A stretch of DNA of 64,000 bases from assembly GCA_036172245.1 (NCBI GenBank), contig JAYWIR010000007.1, positions 2,418,001 to 2,482,000 of the forward strand, written 5' to 3'. This stretch comes from Raillietiella orientalis. Taxonomy: Eukaryota. The translations under genes and the position numbers were made by a program. Shown here piece after piece: positions 26,076-39,915 of this stretch. How positions within the stretch are numbered: the stretch's first letter is position 1; every line of letters starts with the position of its first letter. The notes under the pieces were generated by a model, which did no database searches, was not told the origin of the DNA, and worked only from the letters and a program-made list of their open reading frames with translations.

Positions 26076-26559
26076 ACGACCGGTGCAAAGGCACGCTGAG
26101 AGCTGAGAGCGTCCTCGAGGTGCAGGAAGTGTTCCGGTGATTAGAGCTGTCGGTCCATAAGGCCGTGCCTTCGAGTCTGCTTCACCGACACCGATTTGGT
26201 CAGCAGCCACGAAACAGTGTCTAAACGAGGTATCAATCCCGTTCGGGAAGAGCATCTGTTCGAGGGTTTGGTGTGCGTTGCACAAATGCCAGGAGATGCT
26301 TTCTGCTGTCTTCCACCAGTTCACTCGCGGTTCACCCACTCTACGACGCGGCAGTGCTTCTTCCTGAGGGGAAAGAACGTGGCGTCTGGAAACGGTGCTT
26401 TGTCCACAAGCACGGCTTCAATATTGGCTGCGTTACCTCCAGCCCACCACGGAAAGGGAGCGTGAAGAAATCCCTGGAGAATCCCTTCCGAGGAATTCTT
26501 CACCTTCTTCATGACGTTGCCTGGCAAGTGAGAACACCAGGAAGAACGCTCCTGCTCGT

Positions 26560-28512
26560 TGCGTATTCAAGAACCTCCCTAGGGAAGGGGGGGAGAAGGG
26601 GGGACACATAAAGCTCTTTAACACTGGATACGCTAACCGAGGGAGCTGTAACTCTTCAGTTTAGGGGGCAGCCCTGTAGGACCACCCTATGAATTCGGGA
26701 AGGCTCTTGAGGAAAGAGTCCCTTCCTCTTATGCTTGGTTGGGAACTTCTAAGAGAACCCAGAAAGGATCCTCTCCTGGAATTTCCTATTCGGAGGGCAC
26801 CCACAAGGGAATCGCTCCTTGTTTGCTCCTCTGAAGAGAACCAGAGGGACGCCGCCAAATTTCTCTGAATGGCGTTCCGCGAAGGGTGCAGCGCGCTTCT
26901 GGCACTCTGGAGAGACAACCCCTCGAGAGGGGTATCAACCAGCTCTATGCTACGCGACGCAAGGTCACTCCGAGCAGGGGGCGATGACACAACTGGAGGA
27001 GAATCCCGAAGGACTGCTTGGTTCCTGGAAGGACCCCGGGGGACCAATTTCCGATCACGGCCAGTCGACGAGGGCTTCCGGTTTTCGGCTTCCACCAGTT
27101 CCAAGGGACAAAGAACCTCCTCCGTATCGCCCTCTGGTGAAAAGGGAGGCCCCGAATTCACCTAAAGGACCTGTGTGCCCCGCTTCGGGACGGCAGCCAA
27201 GGCCGGGACGCTGGAGAGAACGGAGCTGCAGCTCCAGTTTCCAACATTTGCCCTCCTAGCAAACCTCTGGAGCACCAACTGGTGCCAACCTGCACGTCTT
27301 CTCATCCAGCAAGCCACCGACAGCGTGGGACTCGCGTCCTTCCTTGCGCGCCCTCCACGCAGTCTCATTCACTGCGTAGTGCACATTGGCAGGTGACCAC
27401 GCTGGCGAGGCAAAACGGATGGATCTCGTGTCGCCCTGCGAACGGTAGTGCCTGGTTGCAGGAAACCGTTCGCACGTGGACGAGGATCCAGGAGCCAAGC
27501 GTGGAACAGATGAGACGTTTCCTGTACGTGCGCAACAACAACTGCACGCTCCGGGAGATGCTGGAAGATCCCGCGACCAGTGCATGGACAAGCAGAACCT
27601 CCCTAGCCTCCGCGCTGCCCTCCTTAGAGAACAGATAAGCAGCAACCTTGCGGCAAAATGGGAGGTTACTGTGGAAAATCTCCGGAAGGAGAAGAGGACT
27701 GGGCGAATGGACGACGTGCCGCCTCACCGACACTGTGATCCCGATTGTTCGACCTCATGGACTTTGGAGCTCGGGCGTGCTACTGGGTATTCCGGAGGAA
27801 GACCTGCAGTGACACCCGGTTCTCATGAACACCCTCACCATCCCCTTAAAGTGACAGCGTTCGACATTGATGCTGCTGCACTGGGCCTCCCATGCAACGT
27901 CCCCCGGCATCATTGGACACGGGTGTGCATGGATCCAAATTGTGCGAAGTGGGAATCCCTCCCGCACCTCCTAGTGTACTGTATTGTCCTCCAGCCCCTT
28001 TGTGGGCGCTTTGCTGCAACCCTAGGATCCCCCCGCGGCAACTCCAGGGACGTTTTGAGGTCCCTCCTCCTTGGCAATGCCCTTCGACCGGCAGCCTCTC
28101 TAGCAGCAGCTCTCCTCTGCCTAGGCGGGATCATGGCTGCATGGAAGAACGTCAAAGGAGGCCAGAACGACAGGGACTGCCTCTATTTTGCTATCCTTTT
28201 CATGAGGACAGCGTCAAAATGGCCACACGTGAGAACCATAAAACAGGAACTTGACGGCATCCTTACAAGGATGCAGAAGATACCTCTAGCACACAGTGAT
28301 CCCTTCTCGAACCCCCCACGTTTTGACTGCATGTTTTTTGTTTTTTTGTTTGTCTCCCCTTCCCCTGTGCTGCCGAGGAGAACCCCGCTGACCTGCGCTC
28401 CAGTTCCCGGTAGGATTCTTCTCGAAGCTGTAATCAACGTGTCAGGATCAAACGCCCTGCTAGACACATGTGTGTTTATTTTTATAAATAAACACCCCGG
28501 TGTCAACCAGTG
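26560..28512 (+). mobile_element. L1/Tx1-like LINE with the 5' repeat region joined directly to the post-RT/zinc finger/3' UTR
   Basis: ORF 27476-28546 contains CMDPNCAKWESLPHLLVYC. The 5' part matches 43950-44400 and 12270-12340; the 3' part matches 7555-8912. Confidence 0.8.
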
Positions 28513-29500
28513 CCGCATCCGAATAGATCAACCCGCATTATCTTGAGGGAGGGACTCGAAACCCACGGCGCACCCATTTCTCGGCGTCGATCCTCCACGC
28601 GGGAATTCAAACCCGAAACGCGTGGTATCACGCGCGGAGACCGTAACTAGACGCCCGCCAACGCAGTGCTTCTTTCTAAAGAGAAAGGACGTGGCATCTT
28701 GGAACGATGCTTTTTCGAAAAGCACGACTTTGGAGTGGCTTCATTACCTCAAGCCCACCTCGGAAAAGGCGTGAAGAAATCCCTGGAAAAAGCGCGAGCC
28801 TCCTGCCCGTTGCAGGGACGCACGAATGGCCGGCGCATAATTGGGACCGCCGAGTCCCGCTCGAACTTCCAAGCGACAGCCATGCATCACCTCCTCCATT
28901 ACAACAGGCAGTAAAACGGGATGAGGAGAGCAGCCCCTTCCTTTCTCTTATCCTGAGAATGAAAGTGTTAACAAACCGGCTCATAAACCAGGACAAAAGT
29001 TCCTCTGCTACGAATCGAAGGACGCGCACTTCAGAACAAGGAACGAATGCAGCCGCGAGCAGGGAAGCCATTGGGCACCTTCCGCACTAACCGATGCATT
29101 CCGCAGCCGAACGGTCCCTTGGTCTTCGAGGGTTTCGGTCCCACCGAGAAGAAAAAAGTTCGCGCAAATTTCGGCGCGCAAAACCTTTCGGCCATTGCTT
29201 GGAGGAAGTTTCATGCGCCCTCTCTTCCCGAGCCAGAGAATGGCGCCTCTTTTTGATGAAGCGTTCTAGAAAGCGCGGTTGGCTAAACGGAACTCTTAGT
29301 GGGAGCTTTCGCTTCAAGACTTTCAATGCTTGGCTCGATCTGTTGCAGCCAAGCTTTCGTGGACTCTGCACTCACTTCTTGTGGATTCGTAACCCGCCTT
29401 TTGCTTAGAGAATTCGATGGCACGCCAGCTGAGCGCACAGACCATCACTTGGAGGGAGGGGGCCCTTATGCCCTGGAGTTCTTCTAGGGAGATTTATGTG
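28513..29500 (+). mobile_element. LINE fragment (inter-ORF region and endonuclease N-terminus)
   Basis: 28545-28650 matches 12470-12580 and 44500-44600; 28663-28790 matches 26350-26480. Confidence 0.6.
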
Positions 29501-30358
29501 GGAGTTCATTGCAGTCAAATGGCACTCCTCTAAGCACTGTTGGCTGTGCAACCAATTCTTTTCATTCCCCCTCCTTCTCTTCTTACCTCGTGCAGAAGAG
29601 AGCATCCAATATGGTAGTATCCCCTGAAACCGTACCCATCAGCCCCTATTGCTGTGACTCGCGTCTCTCCGGCAAAGGTGATAGCCCCCTGACTTGGCCA
29701 CGATTCAGAAAGCCGAGGGAAGGGACAGAACCACTGCCGACGGAGATCGGCTCCGAGATGAGTTCAGAGAGTCGGTTGGCCGTGGGGTTCCGCGGAAGGG
29801 GCACATCCCCACGTCCAGCCCGTCAAGTCAACAAGTTGCCTTTCCTCGCCGCACCAGTGCGTATCCGTTTCCCAGATTTTCCTTGCGACTGAGCCGTGGA
29901 ACGGTGACCTGGGATCCGCTGGCGGACCAACGTGGTTCTCCAGACGAACTTGCGAACTTCCCCACCAGTCCTGGTGAACTGCTGATCTGGTGCGCACGTC
30001 ACGGGAGAAGGAACGTGTCAGTGTTGTCAGCCACTGCTAGGAAACCGCCACCACGGAGGCGGTTCGCCAAGAGCGGCGAATCCATCTCGACCAACGGAAG
30101 CCAACTGTAGCAACGGAACTGTAATTTACTGTAGTTCTGTTCGCATGACCGCGTACAGAACCAGTACGGTTTCGGCGGTCGGCAAGGAACGGTTTTTCCG
30201 CCTGGTCTTGAGACCCTGTGACCACACGTCTCCTGAGTGGGCGCGTGCGTCACAGGTGAGTATTCACAGTACTGCAGAGTTCGGTTCTAGAGTCGGCTCT
30301 GCCGAACCGAAGCCAGAGGGGGCCGCTAATGGGGACAAACCCGAAGATTCTTCCTTGA

Positions 30359-33300
30359 CTACAGCCTGCAGAGCAAGAGGAACAGAACCAAGTGGGGCAC
30401 GGCCACGAGACATGCACTGGAAGAGAGGGAATACATCTTCCCATACAGAGTTATGGCTTGGATGGGCTCTTCCAGCGGCGCCGTGGAGTAAATGACGGTT
30501 CTAAATCTTCCCGTGTCTTCGGCGCGCTTCAAATGCCAGAACCAGTTCTCGGAGGAAAGCTGCAGGCTTTCGGATAGCACGCTGGGAACCACAAAATCCG
30601 TGTCGAAGATCCCGCGCAAGCGGAACTCATCCAGCTGGTCCGGAGATTTGTGGCTCCAGCTGTGCTCGCTACAGCTACTGATGTCTTCGGAGAGGCAGCG
30701 GACGACGCTGCACACCTGCTGGCCCCACGAGTATTCCTGACCAACTTTGTTGTCCCCGTCGTGGACGACCAGTCTGTATCTGTCCTGCGGAGCGTCGCGC
30801 CACTTGTAGGACAGCTCGCAGCATATCCTCCCTTGGCATAGGGAGACGCTTTTCTCTTGCTCGGAAAGGTCCAGCCACTTAAATTGGCTCATGTTCATCT
30901 TGAGGAGGCGATGGTAGGCATCGATGCCTTCGGTCCATTCCCTGATGGAGGTGACGTCCAGTTGCGTTTTCGGAGGATCGAAAAAATCGTAGAAGGCTGC
31001 TTCCTTCCTGACGAGCGTCCGGTTCGTCCACCGCCGCGTGTGCACCTCGGACACCGTCAGCGAGGGAGAGGAGCTGTTGTATGTGTAGTTGGACGAGCCC
31101 AGCCACTTGAAGATCCCGCTCCCTATCATGCCTATGTGCGGGTTGTGGTAACCGGAGGAAATGAAATTGACGTCCAGGGCCTTCGCAAACCCATCCAGCA
31201 CCTGGTGCGCTGGAATGCAACGAGCAGGATCAGTCCCGCGGGAGCATGGAGGGGGGGAAGGGAGGAGGGAATAGCAGCAACTTTCGCAACTCCGCATCAG
31301 ATCTCTCCAAGAAGTGCGCTGGTTTTGCGTTTTCCAGGAAGGAAAGAAAATGGGGAACACCGCGTGGCTGGCTGGCTGCCTCCCAGGCAAGGAAGGAGGT
31401 TGGATGAAAAAAATGAAAAAAAAAAAAAGGCCGACGAGGAAGTTCGGCACCGAGAGGAGAAAAAAAAAAAACCACATTCGAAAACTCAAAGAGTTAACTT
31501 GATGCCTGCGAAGGTGAATCTCTCCTCCGGGTTGTAAGGGAAGACTTCCGACCGCTGTGCCAGATGCCCTCGCCTAGGAATGTCGTCGCACCCAGCGCTT
31601 CCCGAGAAAGGGGCGCGGCTTCTCTGCGCTTTCGGAATCCGGGCCAGTTGGGTCGAGAACGGCCGTCGCTGCAACGGAGATGACCTGAGATCTCCCCTCT
31701 CGTGGAGTATCGAGTCCCTGGCGACTGCAAACGGCCGACATCCGGGGCGGAACTCGAACCCTTTGCAAATCTCAAAAGCGGTCTCAAGTCACTTGTCACT
31801 TCCCCTCCCACACACACACACACACACACACACAGGAGACACTGCTCCGCGCAGAGAAGGTGGCTACGATCTTCCCTCTGCCCTCTCCTCTTGGTTGCTT
31901 GGGAGGAAGCCCGGAAATCGAGAAACTCTCGAAGTCCCGCAAACCGAGAGACAGCATTCGCCGAACCACTTCCAGTTCCTTCCCATCGAAGTGCAGAAGT
32001 TTCGTGAGCGAAGACGAGGGACTGGCGACGCGCGCGCTGCTGCTACGCTGCGATGGCCATCCCTAAAGTGCCACGGCACGGAAAAGACGGGGATGGCGAA
32101 AGGGAGGTCTCCGAAGAGGCCCTTGGCGGCTCGCCGCCACTCTCCAGCGCGGCACTGGACCGGTCGGATGTTCCGGCGGCGTGAGAAATCGCAGGTCCGC
32201 ACATGCAGCTCCCGCAAACTCGTGGCGCCCTTCCGGGGAGCAGCCTTGGGGCGCTTGGAGCTCGAAAGGTGGGCCCAGCGCCACGAGAACCTTCGAAAGC
32301 GAATGGCCCTCGTCCGCTGACCTACCAGCGTCCCCGCAGGGAGGGGCCGGAAAAAAACGCACACCCGCGCGCGGGTAGGGAGAGAAGGATGTGCGGGGGA
32401 GGGCACCAACTGGTAGAGGACATCGGACGCCCACCCTGTGACGAGGCGCCTGGAAGATTCCCTCTCGAAGCCTCAACGGGATCCTTCGAAGATGGAGGCT
32501 AGGTCATTGGCGGAAGAACAGCTGGGGTGTAACAATGACCTTCGTTACGACTTCCGCTCCCATTATTGCGCCATTCAATCGAGCAGAAGTAACACCAAGG
32601 GTTAACACCAAGGGTCGCTGCCCGCGGAGGAACTCATGGTCGACCAGCTCTTCCACACGATTTCCCGCCGCAGACGGCACCCGACGAGCCCAGGCCCAAA
32701 GCCCTCAAGCTGCGGGCTGAGGGTGAAGGGGCTCAGCGCTTTATTCAACACCCTTGGCCAACTCCCAAGAGCCCGACTGCTTGAAACCGGCCCACTCGGA
32801 CGACGACGTCGACGACCTGGTACACCCGGCAATGCAAACGAACCTGGGCAAACACGGTGCTGGAACACCACGTGTAGAACACGTGGAGCACGTGTCGCGG
32901 ACAAGGAAGGCATTCCAAACCGCTTGGGTGACCCGTCACGACCCGATGGCACCGGCATCCACCTCAGGCGGATTCGCGGCGCCACTGCGGGGCAGGTGGG
33001 GTCGCAGTGTGGTGCGAGCTGTGCGAGTAAGAATGCCTCGGCAAACCACAGTTAACGGCGTGCCAAATACGACCAGAGGCAAGAGAAGGACGGAAGGAGG
33101 AGGACGGCGTGAAGGGATCCGACCATTCCGCAGGATTCGTTTGGCCCAGACTCGGAACGGAGGGAGCAGTGCAAACGGACAACGCGGATGCCCGAGGTGA
33201 GTCAAGTGCCGTGGCAACAAAGGAGGAGGAAAGGGCTGGAAGCGTCTGTGGTTGTCTCGGCTCTTTGAGCTCGTCCTCCAGCCTCCGGTTCTTTTCAGCG

Positions 33301-36300
33301 CGGATCCGAGCCGTTAGCTGGATGCACCTACTGCCCACTCGAGACGGACGAGGAAGCTCCAAAAGAGAGGGCGGCGACGCACTCTCCCCTCCCCACGTTA
33401 ATGTAGGCGTCACCGCCTTGCGCTTCGCCTGCTTCCCAAGAGAAGCGGGGTCGCAGACAGCCCGGGAAGGCCGCAAGAGTAACAGCAGAAGGAAGGCAAC
33501 GCCGATCTTTGGTCCCACCAACAAGTGACCAACGCGTGCGAGAAGCAGGAGCGCCTTTTCTCACGAAACGAAGGGGGATAAAGGATGTGTCAGGACGACA
33601 TTCCCGAGCGTGCGCTGAGTGCGTGCGTCTCCCGATCCCCAGACCGGGACAAACAGCAAGATGCGGTGCAGAAGCCACACACCCCACCAAACCCCCGCGT
33701 TCACCACACTGCGGGCGTCCTAGACGAAGACGGCGAACTTTCGCTGCCGCCGCCACCGGCAGCGCGCAGAGCACTCAGCGCGCGGGAAACCATTCGATCC
33801 ACGCGCTCTCACGGACGGCCGCAGGGGAAGGGGACTGGGGCAGCGGGAGTCGAGTGACTCAGCCGTGGGGCTGTCCGAAGCGAAGGAGCGGTCACACTCG
33901 GGGGCATGACAGCAGCATATTGAACAACGCTGAGTGTGTCCCCGTTCCGTTCGAAAGGGTCACGGCTCCCGCCCGGTCGAACTTGTCCCTTTCTTTTCCT
34001 AATGCGAAGGACGCCCTTCGGCACGAAAAATGGAGCAGCCCCGCTCGGGGCACAAAGACTCAAGCAGAGGGGGTTCTGAGGCCTCCGGGATCACGTGCAG
34101 ATGGGAGATCCCCTCCAGGATTCAAGCCGCGGAACTCAGCGGTGGAGGCAGCTGCCTCGTCTCCGGGAATGGCGGCGTTTCCACGAAAACAGCATCAGCA
34201 GTGCGCGCGCGCTCCCGCCACGAGAGATAGGGTCCATCAGAGGGTCGACCCGGATGACGGAGGAACCCGGCCGGGCGATCGATCGCGGGTCTGATGAGGG
34301 GGAGGAAGGTCTTCAACATGCTGCGGTCGTCCGAGCGGGACTGGGCGGAGGGGGGGGGGGGAGAATGAGAGGAAACTCACACAGGAAGAAGGGTAGCTGC
34401 CCGAGCCACGCCTGTGAGTGTACGATGTCCATGACGCCCTCCTCTTTGATGAGAGACAGAAGAGGAGTGTCGAACATCAGGTCGAAGCAGATGGTGACGC
34501 CGAAGGTCACGCCGAAATCTGTGCGGAACGTCACGAGCTCCAGCTCCGGGGTAGAGATGGGGCTCTCATAGAACAGGTTCCTCTTGCGGTACCTGGAAGG
34601 CGCGTGACCGGAGACCGGGATGAAAAACGAGGGGGAAAAAAAAAAACATCGGGGATGGGAAGGAGGAGGAAAGTCAGAACGCTAGCGGGCAGCTCGCGAG
34701 CAAGGCGGGGTTCCCCGGCTTGAGCCTCCACCCGCTTCCCGGACATGTGCTTGCAGCGGGAGCGACACGCAGGAGCGCGCGCGAGCGCACGGGGAAGACG
34801 CCATCAACTTCCCGCGTCCCAGCCGCCCTCGCGCTCCGACAAGAACCTGGCGACCAGCACTCCTTCCCTGTCGAAGACCACCTCCGTGTTGTACAATCTC
34901 GCATCTTTCTCTTCGCACGCCTCCGACCCCGGGCAGCCCTCGATTTCAATCAGGTTGACCACCAGATAGATCTTGTGCTTCGCCGCAATGCAGCTGAGGC
35001 GCCTGATGACCTGCAAGACACACGCGATGTGTTGCGCTCGCACGCACGCATGCCGGGTGCCACGAGGCCGAATAGACGGCGGAAACGTGGGAGATCGGTC
35101 GGTTGGGGAGGTGGGGGTGGGGAAAAAGGAGGAAAGTACCCCACGAGGCGCGCGCCACGAAGACATGCCGTTCCCAATCTGCGGGATTTCCACAGATTGG
35201 GGACGACCGGTGAAGTCGGAGGTGCCTCCCCCGACCCCGAGACTGAGAAGACGGGGAAGGAGGAGTACGGAGCGGAGTCCGCAGGCATCCGGTGCTTTCG
35301 GAGGACGACAAGCGTCCTTCGGGCGGAGGCCCCCTACCGACACCGCGGTTCCTAGAAGGCGCGGCACCCGCGAACGTGGGCGTCGCTCTTACGCCAGCTA
35401 CCCTGCGTTCGCAGGTCATTCCACTCGTGACCACTGCGCTGCGTTCGACGGAGCGCACAAAACAGGGCGAGGAGGCCCCAAGATCGGGAAGAGAGACAAG
35501 ACAGAGGCGATGCTCCAGGCAGTCCCGGGGGAAGGCTCCCGGAGTAAGGTCAAGCGCTCTCTGGCATGATCCGGAGTCGGTTCCTTCTCCTACTCCCTCC
35601 CGAAACCTGCAAAGGTACCTCTCTTCCCGTGGGCGCGCGCAAGCGGAGGAAGGGCTGTCCCTGCTCCTCGTGCCGTCGGAAACCTCCGTTCGGAGCAGGA
35701 GGGCAAAGCGGGAATCGTCTCTTTGGAGGAGGCATCTGACCACTAGGGTCCCTTCCGCTACCGACTTGACTGGGAAGGTGCGAGAAATGCTGACAGAGCA
35801 GCCGCCATGCATGGGGGCTGCTTGCGTGGGGCTTGGAGCAGACCGATGGGCAGAACGAGTGGGGTGGAATGACCTCATCCCCGTTCCCCCAGGGGGGGAG
35901 GGCTCCCGTCCGCGCTCCCTTGCAGGCGGGTCGCGTTCTGAACCACCAGCAAATTCCCTCTCCCCAAGGGGAGGCCGGCGGTCCCAGGGGCTTCTGACGA
36001 ACGGGAGTGCTCCCGCTTGTCTTGCCTTCCGGAAGCCTCCGTGGTGCAGGTGGTGCAGAGCGGCTTCTTGCGTGTCCTCACGCACGCACACCAAATTCCG
36101 CAAGAAGTAGCTTCGTGTGGAAACGTGCGAGGACTTCGCATCCCGGAGCAACTCGCAGAGCTCCCGCGGTAATCGCAAGAGACAAGTTAGCCGCGAACGT
36201 GCGTGGCAGGCAATACGTCTGGTGTTACCAGAGGTTTACCTTCGTGAAGCCGGCGACTGCACAATGAAGTATTCAATTTTATTGGCGCGCTGAAATTACT

Positions 36301-38978
36301 AGATGATTTTACTGCACCCTCGTGTTACCTATCATTCCCCTTTTCATCTCCCGGGAGTGCAGGAGATAGTAGGAGGGCTTCACCAGTTAAGGATCGCAGC
36401 CATCAAGAGTAATTGAATACAAAAACAAAAAAGCACTAGTAACCGCTTGATGGGCAAAACCGTCAGACGTCCAGCAGCTTGAAGAGGAACCTACGCACCG
36501 CTGCGCATTAGGGACAAATAATGGAATACATCACGAAGCGGTTTTGGTCATCACCGTATCCCGTCCAATGAGGTGTGGTCGCTCTCACGAAAAAAAATTC
36601 ACCTTACTCTACCCCATGCACCCTCGACCCAGCTCGGCACCTACCTGGCTGCGGCCGGTTTCTGCTTCCTCACAAGGATTCCAGACTGGTTTTTTGACGT
36701 ACTGGCTGAAATGCACCAGTTCTCTCATGTTATCGGGAATCTTCACGGACGTCAGCCCATATTCAGGGAACACCAATATATCAACACCCTGCAAAAAAGT
36801 GCACCGGATGTACCAAAATCCGCTCTCTGCAGAGACTCGCAAACCCACGCATTCCGGAATAATCCACGTGCATAATTTCGGACGAATTCCCCGATGCGGC
36901 ATAAACAAGAGGGCCGGATTCCACCTCGAGTTCCGGCACCGGACGAAAACAGCATCGCGCACCCGGTGCGAACGGGAGGTCAGCGAAGAAAACACGGAGG
37001 AAGAGCTGTTTCGGCACACACACGCACACACCTCGGTTTTGTGTTCGAGAAGGAAATGGTGAACATTCCGAGCTGGACCGAAACTTGACTCCTGCATCCC
37101 AGACCCTATGGACGCGCATTTCCCCCGGCATTGGGCCTTGAGGAGGCACGAAATCCAGTTTCCATAAAGATCCCGATGCAGACATGTGCGTGCAAGAAAC
37201 TGGCAAAGGAGAAAGAAACGGGCCGACTCAAAGAATTCACCAATCCGGGGCAAGCCCAAGAATCAGAAGTTCTGTCTGGAAGGAAATACGATCCCGGACG
37301 AAGAAGAAATCAGCAGATCTGTACCGCCACTCTTCACGGGAAACGGGGGGTTCATCTAATGCATAAGACCGCTAGGGATTGTGTTGTAGGAGGATCCTTG
37401 CATCACACGCACAAAAATGGTCACAGAACCTTTCTAGATGAAAAACTTGGCCTCCGAAGGTCACACGCGGCGGATTCTTGTGCAAGGATACGGATTTGAG
37501 AGATATCAGCTCACTCGCAGCCATCGAGTACATTACAGAGCTCGGAATTTTCAAGAATGATTACAAGTGTTTTGACCTGGAGGTATGACCGAAGTGACCC
37601 AGCAGGAAACCATCGATCTGTATATTGTTAGACCCATTGGATAAAAAAAAAAAAGAAAAAAAATCTGCATTGACAAAGTTTCAGTAAATTGACCGACTCC
37701 TCGTCCACCTTTTCTTCTTCATTCTTTTCTGAGTTTATTACAATCTCTGGAAGAAGAAGAAGAAAGCATGGCCGTCTATCTATGAATCACTGCACGTTAT
37801 GGTGGACGAAATAGATGCATGGCACAAATTAGCACACACCTGATACGCGCATGCGAAAGCCGGCTGAGGATTCTAAGGAAAAATAATCAAACATAAAAAC
37901 TATGAACAAATGTCAAAATATGGTACATTACAAGGCTGCAGAGTACCTTATGAACTGATAATGGTTTTGCTGATTGCGTCCACTGAGCTTACCAACCACG
38001 CTCGAACTTTTTTCACATGAAGAACGTTCCACAACCTCAAGCTGACACACATCTCTGCATATAAGACTTCCATCAAGAATTCGTTTTCTCCATAAATGCC
38101 TTATAGGAAAATGAAACGGCAGAGCATTGAACGAAATGACGCAAACACTGAGTTTCAAACGACGAATTTTACCAACGCCTCGTTCTGCATTCATTTTAAC
38201 GGTCCCTGAGAACTCTGAACCGCTTCTTCTGCAATCGGCTTGTCAAGGCAGATTCAAAATACAACAAAAAAAAAAAAAAACGGGGAAGATGCATAAAAAA
38301 ACTGTGCCCATTCGACCACTTTATCCTTGCGATGCCTGAGATGCAATCTGAGACCGTACCTGAGACCAGGAAATTGCGACTAAAGGAGAAACGAATCAGT
38401 TACGACAGGGATTAGAGCTAATTGCTAAGCATCCGTTCAACAAGTAACGCGTGAACACCAATTCCACATGAAACAAAAATTAGCATTGAATTGGTGTCTT
38501 GAGTGATTCTATGGACATCATTCTCGAACTATAAAGATGGGCGATTTTTCGAGCATGCACAACATAATACATTTAACGACCTCGGTTGTAACCATCACAA
38601 TACACGTCCTTGGAGAAAACGCGCCCCACTCCCCAAATAACACTGAGGAAATCAAGAGTGGTAGGTCGACAAGAAAATGCCTTCGATGGCTTTGAAATTC
38701 AAAGAGAATTGAATGGCAGCTTGTAAGTGTGTTGATTCATCTGCAGCTCCTAGATCTACTCGAACATCACGCTGGATGGACCAGAATGGTACGAAACTTT
38801 GGCCTGCGGCGCTGTCTGGAAACCTGACCTTGAAAAACATCTGATGGTCATACCTGTAGCTTAGCCTCTGCTGCGCCGTCTCCAACGAACTTCAGATTTT
38901 TATCGAAGGTTTCATCCGCATTCTGAAGGTTACTGTATGGAATGAATTCATAGGCTCCCGCCTTATATACAACCTCCA
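30359..38978 (-). CDS. Vanin/pantetheinase/biotinidase-family carbon-nitrogen hydrolase; exons 38978-38854, 36788-36645, 35010-34847, 34592-34381, 31209-30359; first (signal-peptide) exon not resolved
   Basis: The nitrilase catalytic triad is intact: DILVFPEYGL (Glu), ARYRKRNLFYE (Lys), FGVTICFDLMF (Cys). Vanin-type motifs YKAGAYE, YNTEVVFDREG and GSGI are present, plus a Cys-rich base domain (LCQGRICCELSY, QVCSVVRC) and a hydrophobic C-terminal tail. GT-AG junctions are in phase. Confidence 0.9.
35290..36200 (-). repeat. Repeat family 'Y' copy inside a vanin intron
   Basis: Lies within intron 35011-36644; local similarity to 1850-1930. Confidence 0.4.
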
Positions 38979-39884
38979 CTAAAAGAAAGATGCGAAATAC
39001 ATTGTCAACGAACCCTGTACAATAAACGTACTGTGCAAATTGAAAAGCACATGCTCGGTCGCAGCTGACCGTCGCGGGCAAGAAACGACACGCTTAGCAC
39101 GTATGCGTTACGTGCCATCAGATTTGCACCCAATGTACCAACATCACTGTTTGTACATCTGTTAACGCTGCTTCACACAATGCACGATGCCACTCGGAAG
39201 TTCATTCTTTTCAAGGCTTACGTTACAATACAAACACTACATCAACGCAATACGGGAAATGCTTCGCTGTGGTAGCTGTACCACTACATACTTTGTCTTC
39301 CAGAAGCGGAGCCAGATTGACACAGCAAGACGCCACACAGGACGACCAAACACTTCACTGCTGTCATGGTGATGTGTACAAAAAATTTGATGCCCCCAGG
39401 TTTCCCAAAAATCGTTGCCAATGCGCTGCACACGCCGCCCACAGATGAACACAGGAAGGTGATGATGCAGGAACCCCTGGAAGACAATTTAAGGCTGCAC
39501 ACTTCAACACTTCAGCAGCAAGCCACGGAGAGAGCAAACACCGACATGTTCCATGCAAATAATGGGTGATCTTTTCGGTGCGAACACGTGCTTAAAGCAC
39601 ACTGTAATTGAACACATGAAAGGAAATGATAGCACGGGCCAATGATGGAAAATAGGCTACCAGATCAGTTTGCACTCCTACGCCCACACGCTGTGTAACA
39701 ACACGTTTCAAGAAACCGTGCGTGTGATGAACTGGAGGGGACGATGGATGGAAAAATTCCTTCTGATCCTCAACTCTGATTAGGATTCGATTACCACTAG
39801 GAGTAGTAATAATAATAATAATAATACGATTCCCTTTCTTTTGATATCCGAAACCTCGAGTTCACAAAATTTGGAACACACATC

Positions 39885-39885
<1 letters not shown>

Positions 39886-39912
<27 letters not shown>
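39886..39912. repeat. (CA)n microsatellite
   Basis: Read directly; similar (CA)n runs occur at ~31809-31834 and ~22696-22711. Confidence 0.9.

Positions 39913-39915
<3 letters not shown>

Noticed and set aside
32400..33060. Possible solo LTR in a vanin intron (AATAAA and a hairpin on the minus strand)
   Set aside because: No second LTR, clear TG...CA ends, primer-binding site or target-site duplication could be established.
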